From assembly GCA_963793255.1 (NCBI GenBank), contig CAWBZK010000007.1, positions 42,609-106,608 of the forward strand: a DNA stretch of 64,000 bases, in the 5' to 3' direction. A model generated the notes under the pieces. The model saw nothing but the letters and a program-made list of their open reading frames with translations. It was not told the origin of the DNA and searched no databases. Positions 1-9,806 of the stretch are shown one piece after another. The stretch comes from an uncultured Acidobacteriota bacterium (GTDB taxonomy: Bacteria; Acidobacteriota; Vicinamibacteria; Vicinamibacterales; SCN-69-37). Positions within the stretch are counted from its first letter, which is position 1, and every line of letters starts with the position of its first letter. A program made the translations under genes and the position numbers.

Positions 1-1
1 G

Positions 2-1234
2 CCCACGACGGCCGGATCCTTGGCGCTCACGGCCAACGTCACGCATCGTGACGCGCCGGCGATCGCACGGCTGCGCACGGCCGGCGCGATCGTGCTTGGC
101 AAGGCGAACCTGTCCGAATGGGCGAACATCCGGTCCAGCCAATCCACAAGCGGCTGGAGCGCAGTCGGCGGGCTGACGCGCAATCCCTACGCGCTCGATC
201 GCAACGCGTGCGGATCGAGCTCCGGGTCAGGAGCCGCGATTGCGGCGAGCCTGGCGGCGGGAGCGATCGGCACTGAAACCGACGGATCGGTGGTCTGTCC
301 ATCGGCCGCCAACGGTCTCGTCGGGATCAAGCCGACGATCGGCCTCATCTCTCGTACGTTCGTTGTCCCGATCTCGCACAGCCAGGACACGCCCGGGCCG
401 ATGACGCGAACCGTCGAGGACACGGCGATCCTGCTCACGATCATGGCGGGCACTGACGCCGCCGATCCCGCAACCCACGCCGCGGACACTCGCAAGACCG
501 ACTACGGCGCGTCGCTCGATCCCGATGGACTTCGCGGCGCGCGCATCGCGGCGCTGCGGTTTCTGGCCGGCTACCACGCCGCCACGGACGCCGCCTTCGA
601 TCGCGCCCTGCAGACGATGAAGGCGGCCGGCGCCGAGATCGTCGAGGTCGCGTCCCTCGAAGGCCGCGACGAGTTGGCCCAGGCCGAGCTTCTCGTGCTG
701 CTGACTGAACTCAAGACGGACCTGAACCGCTATCTCAGCTCCACGCCGCCGGCCGTGAAGACACGGTCGCTCGCGGACGTGATCGCCTTCAATCGAGCAA
801 CACCGGCCGAGCTGCGGTATTTCGGTCAGGACCTTTTCGAGAAGGCTGAGGCATCAAAAGGATTGTCGGACCCGGTGTACGTGGCGGCCGCGGCAAAAGC
901 GAAGCGACTGGCGGGTCCGGACGGCATCGATCGCTTGTTGCGGGAGCATCGGGCGGTGGCGCTCGTCGCGCCGACGGGCGGTCCGGCCTGGATGACTGAT
1001 CTGACGACCGGCGACCACTTTCTCGGGTCGGCGTCCGAATACCCGGCAATTGCCGGCTACCCGCACATCACCGTACCCATGGGTGACGTCATGGGCCTTC
1101 CGGTCGGCCTGTCATTTATCGGAGAGGCCTTCTCGGAGGCCCGGCTCATCGGGCTGGCGTACGCGTTCGAACAGCGCACCAGGGCCCGTGCTCGGCCGGG
1201 CTTTCCGCTGTCGGTGGCCACCCCGCTCCCGTGA
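2..1234 (+). CDS. Amidase (amidase-signature family), 5' end outside the window
   Basis: Motifs [27 protein letters not shown] and GLVGIKPT; the frame is open from the window start. Confidence 0.9.
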   Translation, partial: PTTAGSLALTANVTHRDAPAIARLRTAGAIVLGKANLSEWANIRSSQSTSGWSAVGGLTRNPYALDRNACGSSSGSGAAIAASLAAGAIGTETDGSVVCPSAANGLVGIKPTIGLISRTFVVPISHSQDTPGPMTRTVEDTAILLTIMAGTDAADPATHAADTRKTDYGASLDPDGLRGARIAALRFLAGYHAATDAAFDRALQTMKAAGAEIVEVASLEGRDELAQAELLVLLTELKTDLNRYLSSTPPAVKTRSLADVIAFNRATPAELRYFGQDLFEKAEASKGLSDPVYVAAAAKAKRLAGPDGIDRLLREHRAVALVAPTGGPAWMTDLTTGDHFLGSASEYPAIAGYPHITVPMGDVMGLPVGLSFIGEAFSEARLIGLAYAFEQRTRARARPGFPLSVATPLP

Positions 1235-1274
1235 GGTATACTTACTGTTTGCGCCGGTTATCAAGGAGTTCGCT

Positions 1275-1592
1275 GTGAAGCCCGGGATTCATCCCAAGTA
1301 TCAGGAAGTCGAAGCTCGTTGCGCCTGCGGCAACACCTTCAAGACCAAGTCCACCAAGAACGAGCTGCACCTCGAGATCTGCAGCAATTGCCACCCGTTC
1401 TTCACGGGCCGGCAGAAGCTGATCGACACCGAGGGCCGCGTCGAGCGCTTCACCAAGCGCTTTGGTGCGCAGTCGGCCGAAACCCGCAGGGCCGCCGGTA
1501 AGGAAGCCAAGGCGGCGAAGGCAGCCAAGGCTCCCAAGACGGCAGCCGCCGCGCCCAAGCCAGCGAAGGCCAAGACCCAGGCCAACGCGTAA
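1275..1592 (+). CDS. rpmE: 50S ribosomal protein L31 (Zn-binding type) with Ala/Lys-rich C-terminal tail
   Basis: [42 protein letters not shown] at 1263-1268, GTG start at 1275, candidate -10 TATACT at 1237-1242. Confidence 0.95.
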   Translation: MKPGIHPKYQEVEARCACGNTFKTKSTKNELHLEICSNCHPFFTGRQKLIDTEGRVERFTKRFGAQSAETRRAAGKEAKAAKAAKAPKTAAAAPKPAKAKTQANA

Positions 1593-1599
1593 GATCCAG

Positions 1600-1654
1600 A
1601 AAAGGGGTCGGGACGCTTTTTACGCGCTACGTAAAAAGCGTCCCGACCCCTTTT
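1600..1654. repeat. REP-like perfect inverted repeat (family A, copy 1); possible bidirectional terminator
   Basis: AAAAGGGGTCGGGACGCTTTTTACG-cgcta-CGTAAAAAGCGTCCCGACCCCTTTT, 25-bp arms, between convergent rpmE and yprB. Confidence 0.9.
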
Positions 1655-2907
1655 TCCGTCCGTCCCAGCTTCCTGTCAATTCGTTTGATGCGGTGATCGA
1701 CATCGCGGCGTGCGCGGGCTGAGGCCTGGCGCTCGAGCGCCTCGGCGTACCGGCGTGCCGTCGCCAGATCTCTGCGACGGTGCTCGTGGTGGACAGCCAG
1801 CGCTTCGTTGGCCATGACGTCGAGCGACGAGGCCCCGTCGCGGCCCGTGACGGCCAGCACACCTTCCCAAGCGCGCGCGGCCTCTTCGAAGCGCGCTTCG
1901 CGGCGTAGCGACGCGGCCAGCCGCGCGAGCGCTTCTCTCCGCACGTCCCCGTCGCCAACGCTCGCGGCCGCCATCTCGTAGGACCGATGCGCGCGATCTC
2001 TGTCGCCCGAGCGCTCGTAGAGCCGGCCGAGCGCGAGCTGTTCGCCCGGCTCGCGGCACGCCTCGGGACCTTCACCAATCAACCACAGCGCGTGCGACAT
2101 CAACGCCGCAAGCGACACGATGTCGAGCCGGTTGTGCTCGAGCACCGGCTCGACGGATGGCCGGTCACCGGTGCGGAGGAAGTGAAAGTACCGGGCCGGG
2201 ATCTCGAAACCGGGCACGTCGCCGACGCGGTGCACGTCCAGCACCGCGCGCTCGAGCGATGTCAGGTTGCATCCCCCGTCGAGCGCGCTCGACGTCTCGC
2301 GGCGCCGCCAGAGACGACGGGCAGCTGGCAGCATGTCCACGTGGGGAATCTCGTCGGTCGGCGGCGCGGCGCGATGGAACGCCCAGCGCATCTCCATGAA
2401 CGGCACGTCGAATGTCCGACCGTTGAACGTCACGAGGAGCGAGGCGTCGGAGAGCACATCGCCGAGCGCGTCGAGCATGGCACGCTCACCACCCGGACCG
2501 GCGAGGAAGAACTGGCGAACTCTGAAGCCCTCGTCTTCGAACCAGCCACACCCCGCGAGGAACGCGATCGTCCCGGCGCCCCCACTGAGCCCGGTCGTTT
2601 CGATGTCGAAGAACACGACGCGCCGCCACCACTCTGGAACCGATACCGCGCGAGGATCGATCAGGTGAAGAGGCGCGCCACTCGCCGGCCGCCACGCGTC
2701 CACGCACCGGCGGCCATACGACCGATCGCTCGGATAGACGCGGTCGAGCTCCACGCATGCGCCGTCGCCGCCAACGGCGCGCCCGCCGAGCCTGTCGGCG
2801 AGGGACCGCGCGTCGATCTCGCCCACGGCGTCGCCGGGCACATACGTCAGTTCGCGGCGGGGATTCTGGCGAACGATGTCACGGAGGCGAGCGGAGAGGT
2901 CACGCAT
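1627..2907 (-). CDS. yprB: YprB/MrfB-like RNase H-fold (DEDDh) exonuclease with C-terminal TPR-like helices
   Basis: FFDIETTGLSGGAG, TFNGRTFDVP, LEHNRLDI. Start MRDLSARL at 2907, immediately downstream of the helicase. Confidence 0.8.
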   Translation of the reverse strand: MRDLSARLRDIVRQNPRRELTYVPGDAVGEIDARSLADRLGGRAVGGDGACVELDRVYPSDRSYGRRCVDAWRPASGAPLHLIDPRAVSVPEWWRRVVFFDIETTGLSGGAGTIAFLAGCGWFEDEGFRVRQFFLAGPGGERAMLDALGDVLSDASLLVTFNGRTFDVPFMEMRWAFHRAAPPTDEIPHVDMLPAARRLWRRRETSSALDGGCNLTSLERAVLDVHRVGDVPGFEIPARYFHFLRTGDRPSVEPVLEHNRLDIVSLAALMSHALWLIGEGPEACREPGEQLALGRLYERSGDRDRAHRSYEMAAASVGDGDVRREALARLAASLRREARFEEAARAWEGVLAVTGRDGASSLDVMANEALAVHHEHRRRDLATARRYAEALERQASARARRDVDHRIKRIDRKLGRTEKGVGTLFT

Positions 2908-2909
2908 GA

Positions 2910-5378
2910 TCAGGCCGCGCGCTCGACGGTGGCGAGAAGGCGCACGAGGCTGAGCGCCACGGCCTTGGCGAGCGGTCCGGTCGCGCCCTCGGGTCCGACG
3001 CACGACGGGCAGCCCGACTCGCAGGGACACCCATCAATCAACTCGTGCGTCCGAGCCAGCAGCGCCTCGTGCATGCCGAAGAGCGGCTCGCTGAAGCCGA
3101 TGCCACTCGGGAAGTTGTCGTAGAGAAAAATCGTCGGCGCCGCGGACAACTCCGTCGCCTCTCCAGCACGTGACGAGCCGCCGACCCGCGAAGCGCCGCC
3201 GAGGCTGACGCCATCCACCGACAGCCCGAGGTCGTGGCCGTCGCACATCAGCAGCAACGGCGCGACGTTGCGCATGGCGAACGCCAGCCCAATGACTCCG
3301 TCTCGACGATCGGCCGTGCCGTACGGCAGCGCCGCCATGACGTTCTGCGGAATCGTCAGCCAGTACGACGTCGTGTGCATCTGCTGCTCGGGCAGATCCA
3401 GCTCGCCCGATCCGACGTTCTCGTTCGTGTAGAACTTGATCTTCTTGAAGCCGACGACGCGCGAGACGACGTGTACCTCGCCGTGCGCGGCACTCGCGCC
3501 CGCAACCCCTCCCATGACGAGCGCGCGATCGGCTGGCTCGTTTTCGTCCGTGACGCCGGATGAGGCGAACGTGTCGAGAATCGTCACCTTCGTGTACGTA
3601 ATCGCATCCGTGTAGTAGTCGCACTCGACCTGTCGCACGAACGCCTTCCGGCCCTCGAAGTCCAGTCGTTCGACCTGAAACAACGTGCCTTCGATGATGT
3701 AGATCGCCTTTTCGTGAAGGGTCGACGGCCCACTCGTGAAGTCCGTCTCGCCAATCACCTGCTCGCCATCGGTCACGTCGACGATGACGAAGTTGTCGGA
3801 CGTCACCGACCGCAGACTCACCGCATCGGCGGGATACGAGTCCTGCGTCCACTGCCACTGCCCGTCCACCTGGTGCACGAACCCTTCCTCGGCAAGCACG
3901 GCCAGGATGTCCTGCACGTTCATTGTCCCGAACGTTTCATCGATCCGGAACGGCAGCTCGAACGCCGCGCACTTCACATGATCCAGGAGAATGTGCAGAT
4001 TGTCGGCGTTCACGAGCGCGTGCTCGGGCGACGCCCCGAAAAAGAACTCCGGATTGCGCGCAACGAACTGATCGATGGGCGCGCTTGATGTCACGAGCAC
4101 GGCGGCCGAGCGGCCGGATCGCCGGCCGGCGCGTCCCGCCCGCTGCCACGTCGCGGCGATCGTGCCGGGGTAGCCGGCCATCACCGAGACGTCGAGCGCG
4201 CCGATGTCGATGCCAAGCTCCAGCGCGTTCGTGGACACCACGCAGCGGACGTCGCCGCTGCGCAGACCGCGCTCGATCTCGCGGCGGCGCAGGGGCAGAT
4301 AACCGCCGCGGTATCCGCGAATGACATCGTCCGATCCCGGCGCGCCCTTGAACGCGTCTTTGAGGTAGGTCGTCAGGACTTCGGTCGACAATCGGCTCTG
4401 GGCGAAGACGATGAGCTGGAGACCGCGCTTCAGGAACTCTATGGCGACACGCCGCGTCTCGGCCAGGTACGAGCGCCGGATGCCGAGCTCGCGATTGACG
4501 ACGGGCGGATTGACGAAGACGAAGAACTTTTCGCCGCGCGGCGCGCCACTACGATCGACCAGCTCGAACGGCCGCTCCATCAGCCGCTCCGCCAACTCGC
4601 GCGGATTGGCAATCGTTGCCGACGAACAAATGAACGTGGGGTGCGAACCGTAGTGCGCGCACACGCGCGCCAGGCGCCGCATGATGTTCGCCAGGTGGCT
4701 GCCGAAGACGCCCCGATACGCATGCAGCTCGTCCACCACAACGAACCGGAGATTCTCGAAGAGCTTCGCCCAACGCGGATGGTGCGGCAGGATGCCCGAG
4801 TGCAGCATGTCCGGGTTGGTCAGCACCACGTGGGCGCGCGCGCGCACCGCGCGTCGCGCGTCCTGGGGCGTATCGCCGTCATAGGTGAAGACACCGAGCT
4901 CGCCGCCGCCTTCCGCGCCAACCACCTGCGCGAGCTGATGAAGCTCTGCCAGCTGGTCCTGCGCCAGCGCTTTCGTCGGAAACAGGTAGAGCGACCGCGA
5001 CGACGGATCCGCGAGGATGCTCTGGAGGACCGGCACGTTGTAGCAAAGCGTCTTGCCCGACGCCGTCGGCGTCACCACGACGACGTTGCGCCCGTTCAGC
5101 GCGTGATCGATCGCTTCAGCCTGATGCGTATAGGGCTGGCTGATCCCGCGGGCCTGAAGAGCGCGGACGAGACGGGGATCGAGCACCTCCGGATACGCCG
5201 CGTACGCCGCTTCAATGGGCGGCAGCCGGCGGACTGCCGTGATGTGGGGGTCCGGATGCGCAATGCGAGGTGCGGCCGGGTCGTCTCCGCGCGACGCCTC
5301 GTACTCGGCCAGCATTCCTGACAGCGCTGCCGCGACTGACCGATCTTTGTCTCCCGTAACGGCTGGCAGCGAGGACAC
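2910..5378 (-). CDS. yprA: YprA/MrfA-like DEAD/DEAH helicase with C-terminal DUF1998 Zn-binding domain
   Basis: TPTASGKT, PTKALAQDQ, DELH, SAT, TNALELGIDIG, QRAGRAGR; C-terminal CPCESGCPSC. Confidence 0.9.
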   Translation of the reverse strand: MSSLPAVTGDKDRSVAAALSGMLAEYEASRGDDPAAPRIAHPDPHITAVRRLPPIEAAYAAYPEVLDPRLVRALQARGISQPYTHQAEAIDHALNGRNVVVVTPTASGKTLCYNVPVLQSILADPSSRSLYLFPTKALAQDQLAELHQLAQVVGAEGGGELGVFTYDGDTPQDARRAVRARAHVVLTNPDMLHSGILPHHPRWAKLFENLRFVVVDELHAYRGVFGSHLANIMRRLARVCAHYGSHPTFICSSATIANPRELAERLMERPFELVDRSGAPRGEKFFVFVNPPVVNRELGIRRSYLAETRRVAIEFLKRGLQLIVFAQSRLSTEVLTTYLKDAFKGAPGSDDVIRGYRGGYLPLRRREIERGLRSGDVRCVVSTNALELGIDIGALDVSVMAGYPGTIAATWQRAGRAGRRSGRSAAVLVTSSAPIDQFVARNPEFFFGASPEHALVNADNLHILLDHVKCAAFELPFRIDETFGTMNVQDILAVLAEEGFVHQVDGQWQWTQDSYPADAVSLRSVTSDNFVIVDVTDGEQVIGETDFTSGPSTLHEKAIYIIEGTLFQVERLDFEGRKAFVRQVECDYYTDAITYTKVTILDTFASSGVTDENEPADRALVMGGVAGASAAHGEVHVVSRVVGFKKIKFYTNENVGSGELDLPEQQMHTTSYWLTIPQNVMAALPYGTADRRDGVIGLAFAMRNVAPLLLMCDGHDLGLSVDGVSLGGASRVGGSSRAGEATELSAAPTIFLYDNFPSGIGFSEPLFGMHEALLARTHELIDGCPCESGCPSCVGPEGATGPLAKAVALSLVRLLATVERAA

Positions 5379-5435
5379 GGTGGCGGATCGTACCAGCCGC
5401 CCACCGGGCGATCAAGGGGCGAAAGACACTGAGGG

Positions 5436-5494
5436 TTCCCCATTCCCTGTTCCCCGTTCCCCGTGCCTAAGCCCTAAGCCGTGAGCCTTGAGCC
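5436..5494. repeat. Degenerate heptamer tandem repeats (TTCCCCG-type x4, then GCCCTAA-type x4)
   Basis: TTCCCCA TTCCCTG TTCCCCG TTCCCCG TGCCTAA GCCCTAA GCCGTGA GCCTTGA: continuous period 7, overlapping the symporter stop codon. Confidence 0.75.
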
Positions 5495-6840
5495 GGATCG
5501 AATGCATATCGCGCCGCGAGGCCACTGAGCCCGACCAGCCCGATCAGATTCGGGAAAATCTGCAGCGAGTTCATCAGGTCGCCCCAGGCCCAGACGACGT
5601 CGGGGGTCAGGACGGCGCCAAAGGGAATCAGCAGACAGTAGATCCACCGGTAGGGCTTCGTGACACGCCGTCCGATCAGATATTCCAGGAACTGCTCGCC
5701 GTAGTACGCCCAACCAATGAGCGTGGTGTAGCCGAAGAGAAACGCACAGACGGCGACGAGCCATCCGCCAACCGTCGGGATCGCCATATTGAAGGCGTCG
5801 GCGACGGCCGCGGTGCTCGTCACGAAGGCGACGCCGGCCTGGCGCGCGGCAATCGCCTGCTCCGCCACGCCGCTCAGCAGGATGGTCATCGCGCTGATCG
5901 TCGCCGTGATGAACGAGACGATGAAGACCTCCATGACGGCTTGAAGACCCTGCTCGGCCGGTCTCGTCGATCGCGCCGTTCCGTACGCGACAGCCGCGGT
6001 GCCGAAGCCGGCTTCGTTGGCGTAGATGCCGCGCGCAATGCCGTACCGCATCGCCACAAAGATACCGAACCCCATCGCAGACCGCGTCGTCCACGCCTCG
6101 CGGACCACGAGGGCGAGGACCGCCGGCACCCGGTCCGCAAACGAGACGATCACGAATGCGCCGCCCGCCAGATAAAGGCCGACCTTCAGCGGCGCCAGCT
6201 TTTCCATCGCGCGACCGATCGACGAGATGCCGCCGATGATGACGAGCCACGTGAGCACGGCCACGACCACTCCCACGATCCAGCTGGGTACGCCGAACAC
6301 GCTGTTGATCGCGACCGCGATCGAGTTCGGCTGGGTGAACGGTGTGGTCGTCAACGCGGCAACACCCGCGACGAGCGCGTACGTCCACGCGAGGCGAGGA
6401 GACTTGAGCCCGTCGCGGAGGTAGTACATCGGACCCGACAGCACCTCGTCTCGTTCCACACGCCGGAAGTGCATGCCGAGTACGGCTTCCGCGAACTTGG
6501 TTGCGGTCGCCAGAAAACCGTAAACCCAGATCCAGAAGAGCGCGCCAGGTCCGCCCGAGATGATGGCCGTTGCGACGCCGGCGATATTGCCCGTCCCGAT
6601 CGAGGCGGCCAGCGCGGTCGCGAATGCCTGGAACGGCGACAGCACCCCAGGTGCGCGCGCGGAGCCGGCCGCAAACATGGCACGGACGGCCTCCGGAAAC
6701 CGCCGAATCTGCACGACGCCAAGGCGCAGCGTGAGGAACAGGCCGCCGCCGAGGAGTACGGCGACCACATACGGCATGAAGAGCGCGTCCGCGACGGACT
6801 GGATCAAGTTCGAAGTTAGAAGTAAGAAGTCAGAAATCAT
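5467..6840 (-). CDS. Alanine/glycine:cation symporter (AGCS family); true start may be TTG at about 6807
   Basis: SPFQA..ASIGTGNIAGVATAI..GGPGALFW, ANEAGFGTA, FGYTTLIGWAYYGE; many TM segments. Confidence 0.9.
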   Translation of the reverse strand: MISDFLLLTSNLIQSVADALFMPYVVAVLLGGGLFLTLRLGVVQIRRFPEAVRAMFAAGSARAPGVLSPFQAFATALAASIGTGNIAGVATAIISGGPGALFWIWVYGFLATATKFAEAVLGMHFRRVERDEVLSGPMYYLRDGLKSPRLAWTYALVAGVAALTTTPFTQPNSIAVAINSVFGVPSWIVGVVVAVLTWLVIIGGISSIGRAMEKLAPLKVGLYLAGGAFVIVSFADRVPAVLALVVREAWTTRSAMGFGIFVAMRYGIARGIYANEAGFGTAAVAYGTARSTRPAEQGLQAVMEVFIVSFITATISAMTILLSGVAEQAIAARQAGVAFVTSTAAVADAFNMAIPTVGGWLVAVCAFLFGYTTLIGWAYYGEQFLEYLIGRRVTKPYRWIYCLLIPFGAVLTPDVVWAWGDLMNSLQIFPNLIGLVGLSGLAARYAFDPAQGSRLRA

Positions 6841-6894
6841 TGACGATGCCAGCGCCCAGTTGCTTCTGACTTCTGACTTCTAACTTCACACTTG
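6805..6894. repeat. Inverted repeat built from AGAAGTC-type heptamers (family B, copy 1)
   Basis: CAAGTTCGAAGTTAGAAGTAAGAAGTCAGAA ... TTCTGACTTCTGACTTCTAACTTCACACTTG. Confidence 0.85.
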
Positions 6895-7673
6895 TTAGAT
6901 GTTCGACCTGCTTTGTCCACCGTCGACATTCACGCACGCGCCGGTGATCCAACTCGCGCGAGGCGAGGCGAGAAACGCGACGACGTTCCCGATCTCGTCG
7001 GCCCGGCCGAACCGGCCGAGGGGGATGTCACGTTTGACGAAGGCGGCCATGCCCTCGGGATCTTCCTGTTGGCGCTTCCACCAGGTGCCGCCCTTCGAAC
7101 GAGATCGATCCGGGCGCGATGCTGTTGACGCGGATGCTGTCGGCGGCCAGTTGCTGCGCCATCGCCTTCGCGAGGCTGATCTCGGCGGCCTTGACGGCGT
7201 TGTAGGTCATGCGGCCGCCCGATTCGCGACCCCAGATCGAGGCAATCATCAGGATGACGCCACCCGACACCGCGCGCATGTGCGGTACGGCCAGCCGCGA
7301 CATGCGAATGGCGGGAAACAACGTCTGGTCGAGCGCGCTCTGCCAGTCGGCGTCCGACGTCGACACGATGTCGGCGCCGCCGGCTTTGCCGACGTTGTTG
7401 ACGAGGATGTCGAGCCGGCCGAAGCGTTCGATCGTGCGCGCGACGACGGCGGCGGCGCCGGCCTCGGTGGACACGTCCGCGGCGACGGCGAGGACGCGAT
7501 CGCGCCCCGCGTGGGCGCCGAGGTCGGCCGACGCACGATCGAGGGCGTCAACCCCACGAGCGCTCAGGGTGACACGACAGCCTTCCGAGACGAGCGCGCG
7601 CGCCGAGGCCAGGCCGAGGCCGCGGCTCGAATCCGGTCACAATGGCAACTTTGTCGACGAGTTCGAGGTCCAT
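6895..7673 (-). CDS. SDR family oxidoreductase (frameshifted in the assembly)
   Basis: [32 protein letters not shown] catalytic motif, IRVNSIAPG; ends GGQSRSNI*. Confidence 0.85.
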
Positions 7674-7735
7674 ATCGGGTGTGGAGAGACGATGGTCCTT
7701 GATTTCCGCGTGCGACTCAACTGACGATCAAGGTC

Positions 7736-8201
7736 ATGCGTTTCCGTCTGTCGATCGTGGCGTTGCTTCGTCTGCGCGCTGGCCGCCTGTCAGCCATCCG
7801 GCGAGGAAGACCCGCTCAAGCTCGCGGCGCTGCCCGCGCCGCCCGACGTGGCCGCGCCGCCGGCCGACGCCGTTCGCACCTCATCCGGGCTCGCGTCCAA
7901 GGTCCTGCAGGTCGGGATGAGCAACAGCCGCCCGGGGCCACGCAACAACGTCAGGGTGCACTACACGGGCTGGACAACCGACGGCGTCATGTTCGACAGC
8001 TCCGTCGCCCGGAACGAGCCGGCGGAGTTTGGCGTGAGCGACGTGATTCCCGGCTGGACCGAAGGCCTGCAGCTCATGGTCGTCGGTGAGAAACGCCGGT
8101 TCTGGATTCCGGGCAACCTCGCGTACGACGTGCCTGGCTCGCGACCGGACGCGCCGAAGGGCATGCTCGTCTTCGACGTCGAACTGCTCGCGGTGAGGTA
8201 A
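7736..8201 (+). CDS. FKBP-type peptidyl-prolyl isomerase with signal peptide (frameshifted)
   Basis: VHYTGWTTDGVMFDSS, VIPGWTEGLQLMVVGEKRRFWIP, LVFDVELL. Confidence 0.9.
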
Positions 8202-8263
8202 GCGACGTAGCGCGGCCTGTGCCGAAGTCCCTGCGGCACTGTGACCCAGGCGTCGCTCGAGCC

Positions 8264-8933
8264 GTACGGCAGTTTCGCCAGCGCCGCCATGAGCGGCGCG
8301 GCGCCGCCGCGGCGGATCGATCGTCCCGCGCACAATTTCCTTGTTGGCACGCTCCGCGCCGTAGATCTGCCGGTTCTCGTCCGAGTCTTCGCGCAGGGTC
8401 GATCCCTGGAGGGCGAGCCCCGCGTACACGCCGCGCGTTCTCGACCACGCCAGAATCTCTGCGGTCAGCGTCGCATCCGTCTGGGCCGAGGCCTGGCGGC
8501 CGACCGGTCCGGCCGCAACGCCGGCGTCCGCCCCGACCGTAAAGCGGCTCGACAGCAGCCTGTCGGCGCCGCGGTCGTTCAACACGAGCAGGATGACATC
8601 GGTTTCCGACGCGCCGATCTGCAGACCGACGCTGCCGCCTTCGATTCGCACGCCACCCGGCGCGCTCCATCCGCCGCCCGTTGCGTTCCGACACGACACA
8701 TAGCCGCGGCCGTACTGCCCGCCGAAGCCGAGCGCGGCCTTGCGGACGCTCGGAATGATGACGATGCACTTGGCCTTGGCGAAGAAATCGCGAGAGATAC
8801 CCAGGTCGCCGCCACTCGACATCTCGGTCAACGCGCTGGCTGCGTGCTTCAACCGCTCATCGTCCGCCCGAAGCCCAACGACCGCCATCGCCGTCACGAT
8901 CAGAACTGCTGCCACGCTCACCCGTGCTGTCAC
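8264..8933 (-). CDS. SYLF/YSC84-family lipid-binding protein, secreted (3' end uncertain: frameshift, no clean stop)
   Basis: Signal peptide; KAALGFGGQYGRG, WSAP, GGSVGLQIG, DAGVAAGPVGR, SRTRGVYAGLAL. Confidence 0.8.
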
Positions 8934-8965
8934 ATGTCACCCCGCGTTGGGAGTCTACGTCGAAA

Positions 8966-9047
8966 GGGGTCAGGTCTTGAATTGACGTACCGATATCAAA
9001 CTGTCATGACAGTTTGGACTTGGTACGTCAATTCAAGACCTGACCCC
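8966..9047. repeat. 82-bp near-perfect palindrome (MITE/REP-like)
   Basis: GGGGTCAGGTCTTGAATTGACGTACC-gatat-CAAACTGTCA|TGACAGTTTG-gactt-GGTACGTCAATTCAAGACCTGACCCC. Confidence 0.9.
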
Positions 9048-9098
9048 ATCCACGGCAACCCCCGTTCCGGCCTCGAAGATTTCTTCTAGACTATTCGA

Positions 9099-9485
9099 GT
9101 GACAACCCCGCGGGTGACCGATCGCGGCCCTGTCGTGACGGCGTCAACCGAGGTCGTCGAACCGCCGGACGACCTGCGGTCGTTCGTGACACTCAGCCGC
9201 ACGCATCCGACCGACATCGGCGAGCGGCACGTGTTCGTGAAGCTCGACGACGCGAAAGTGCGCCTCTCGTACGGAGACAGCTTCACCGCGGAACTCAAGC
9301 CAGGCGCTCATCACCTGCGGGCGCACAACACGCTGGTGTGGAAGAACCTCAAGTTCACGCTCGAGCCCGGTGAACATCTCGAGTTCGTCATCATCAACAG
9401 CGGACGCTGGTGGACGTGGGGCATCGCGGGCGTGCTGGGCTCGGCGCCGCTCTTCCTCAGCATCGCCAAGCGAAGCCGACAGTAG
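9099..9485 (+). CDS. Hypothetical protein (beta-rich domain, hydrophobic C-terminus)
   Basis: 128-aa ORF; stop abuts the next ATG (TAGATG); TAGACT 6 nt upstream of the GTG. Confidence 0.65.
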   Translation: MTTPRVTDRGPVVTASTEVVEPPDDLRSFVTLSRTHPTDIGERHVFVKLDDAKVRLSYGDSFTAELKPGAHHLRAHNTLVWKNLKFTLEPGEHLEFVIINSGRWWTWGIAGVLGSAPLFLSIAKRSRQ

Positions 9486-9806
9486 ATGGACGCGCGGTTC
9501 ACACCCGTCGCGGCCGCGGTCGCCGCGCTTGCGGCCTTCACCTGCTGCGTGCCAATCGGCCTCGTCAGCGCGTTCGGCATCCTCACGGTGAGCTCGCTCT
9601 TCGCGCCGATGCAGCGGTGGTTCCTCCCCGCCGCCACGGTGCTTCTCGCGATTGCCGCCTTGCAACTCTGGCGCGGTCAGCGGGCGTGCCGGACCCGCGG
9701 CCGCCGCTTCAGCCTGATGGTGTTCTTTCTGTCGGCAACGGTCGTACTCGCCGTGTTGCTGTTTCCGCAGATCGTTGCCGGCCTGTTGGCCGACTACGTC
9801 CCGTGA
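9486..9806 (+). CDS. MerT/MerC-like small membrane protein with vicinal Cys pair
   Basis: Three hydrophobic segments; FTCCVP in TM1, QRAC in a loop, LFPQ near the end. Layout resembles MerT. Confidence 0.6.
   Translation: MDARFTPVAAAVAALAAFTCCVPIGLVSAFGILTVSSLFAPMQRWFLPAATVLLAIAALQLWRGQRACRTRGRRFSLMVFFLSATVVLAVLLFPQIVAGLLADYVP

Noticed and set aside
2910-5378. DUF1998 helicase as a DISARM-like anti-phage system
   Set aside because: No methylase, DrmC/D/E or other defence genes nearby; pairing with YprB indicates the repair-type module.
9486-9806. A mercury-resistance operon
   Set aside because: No merR, merA or merP in the window; only a MerT-like topology.
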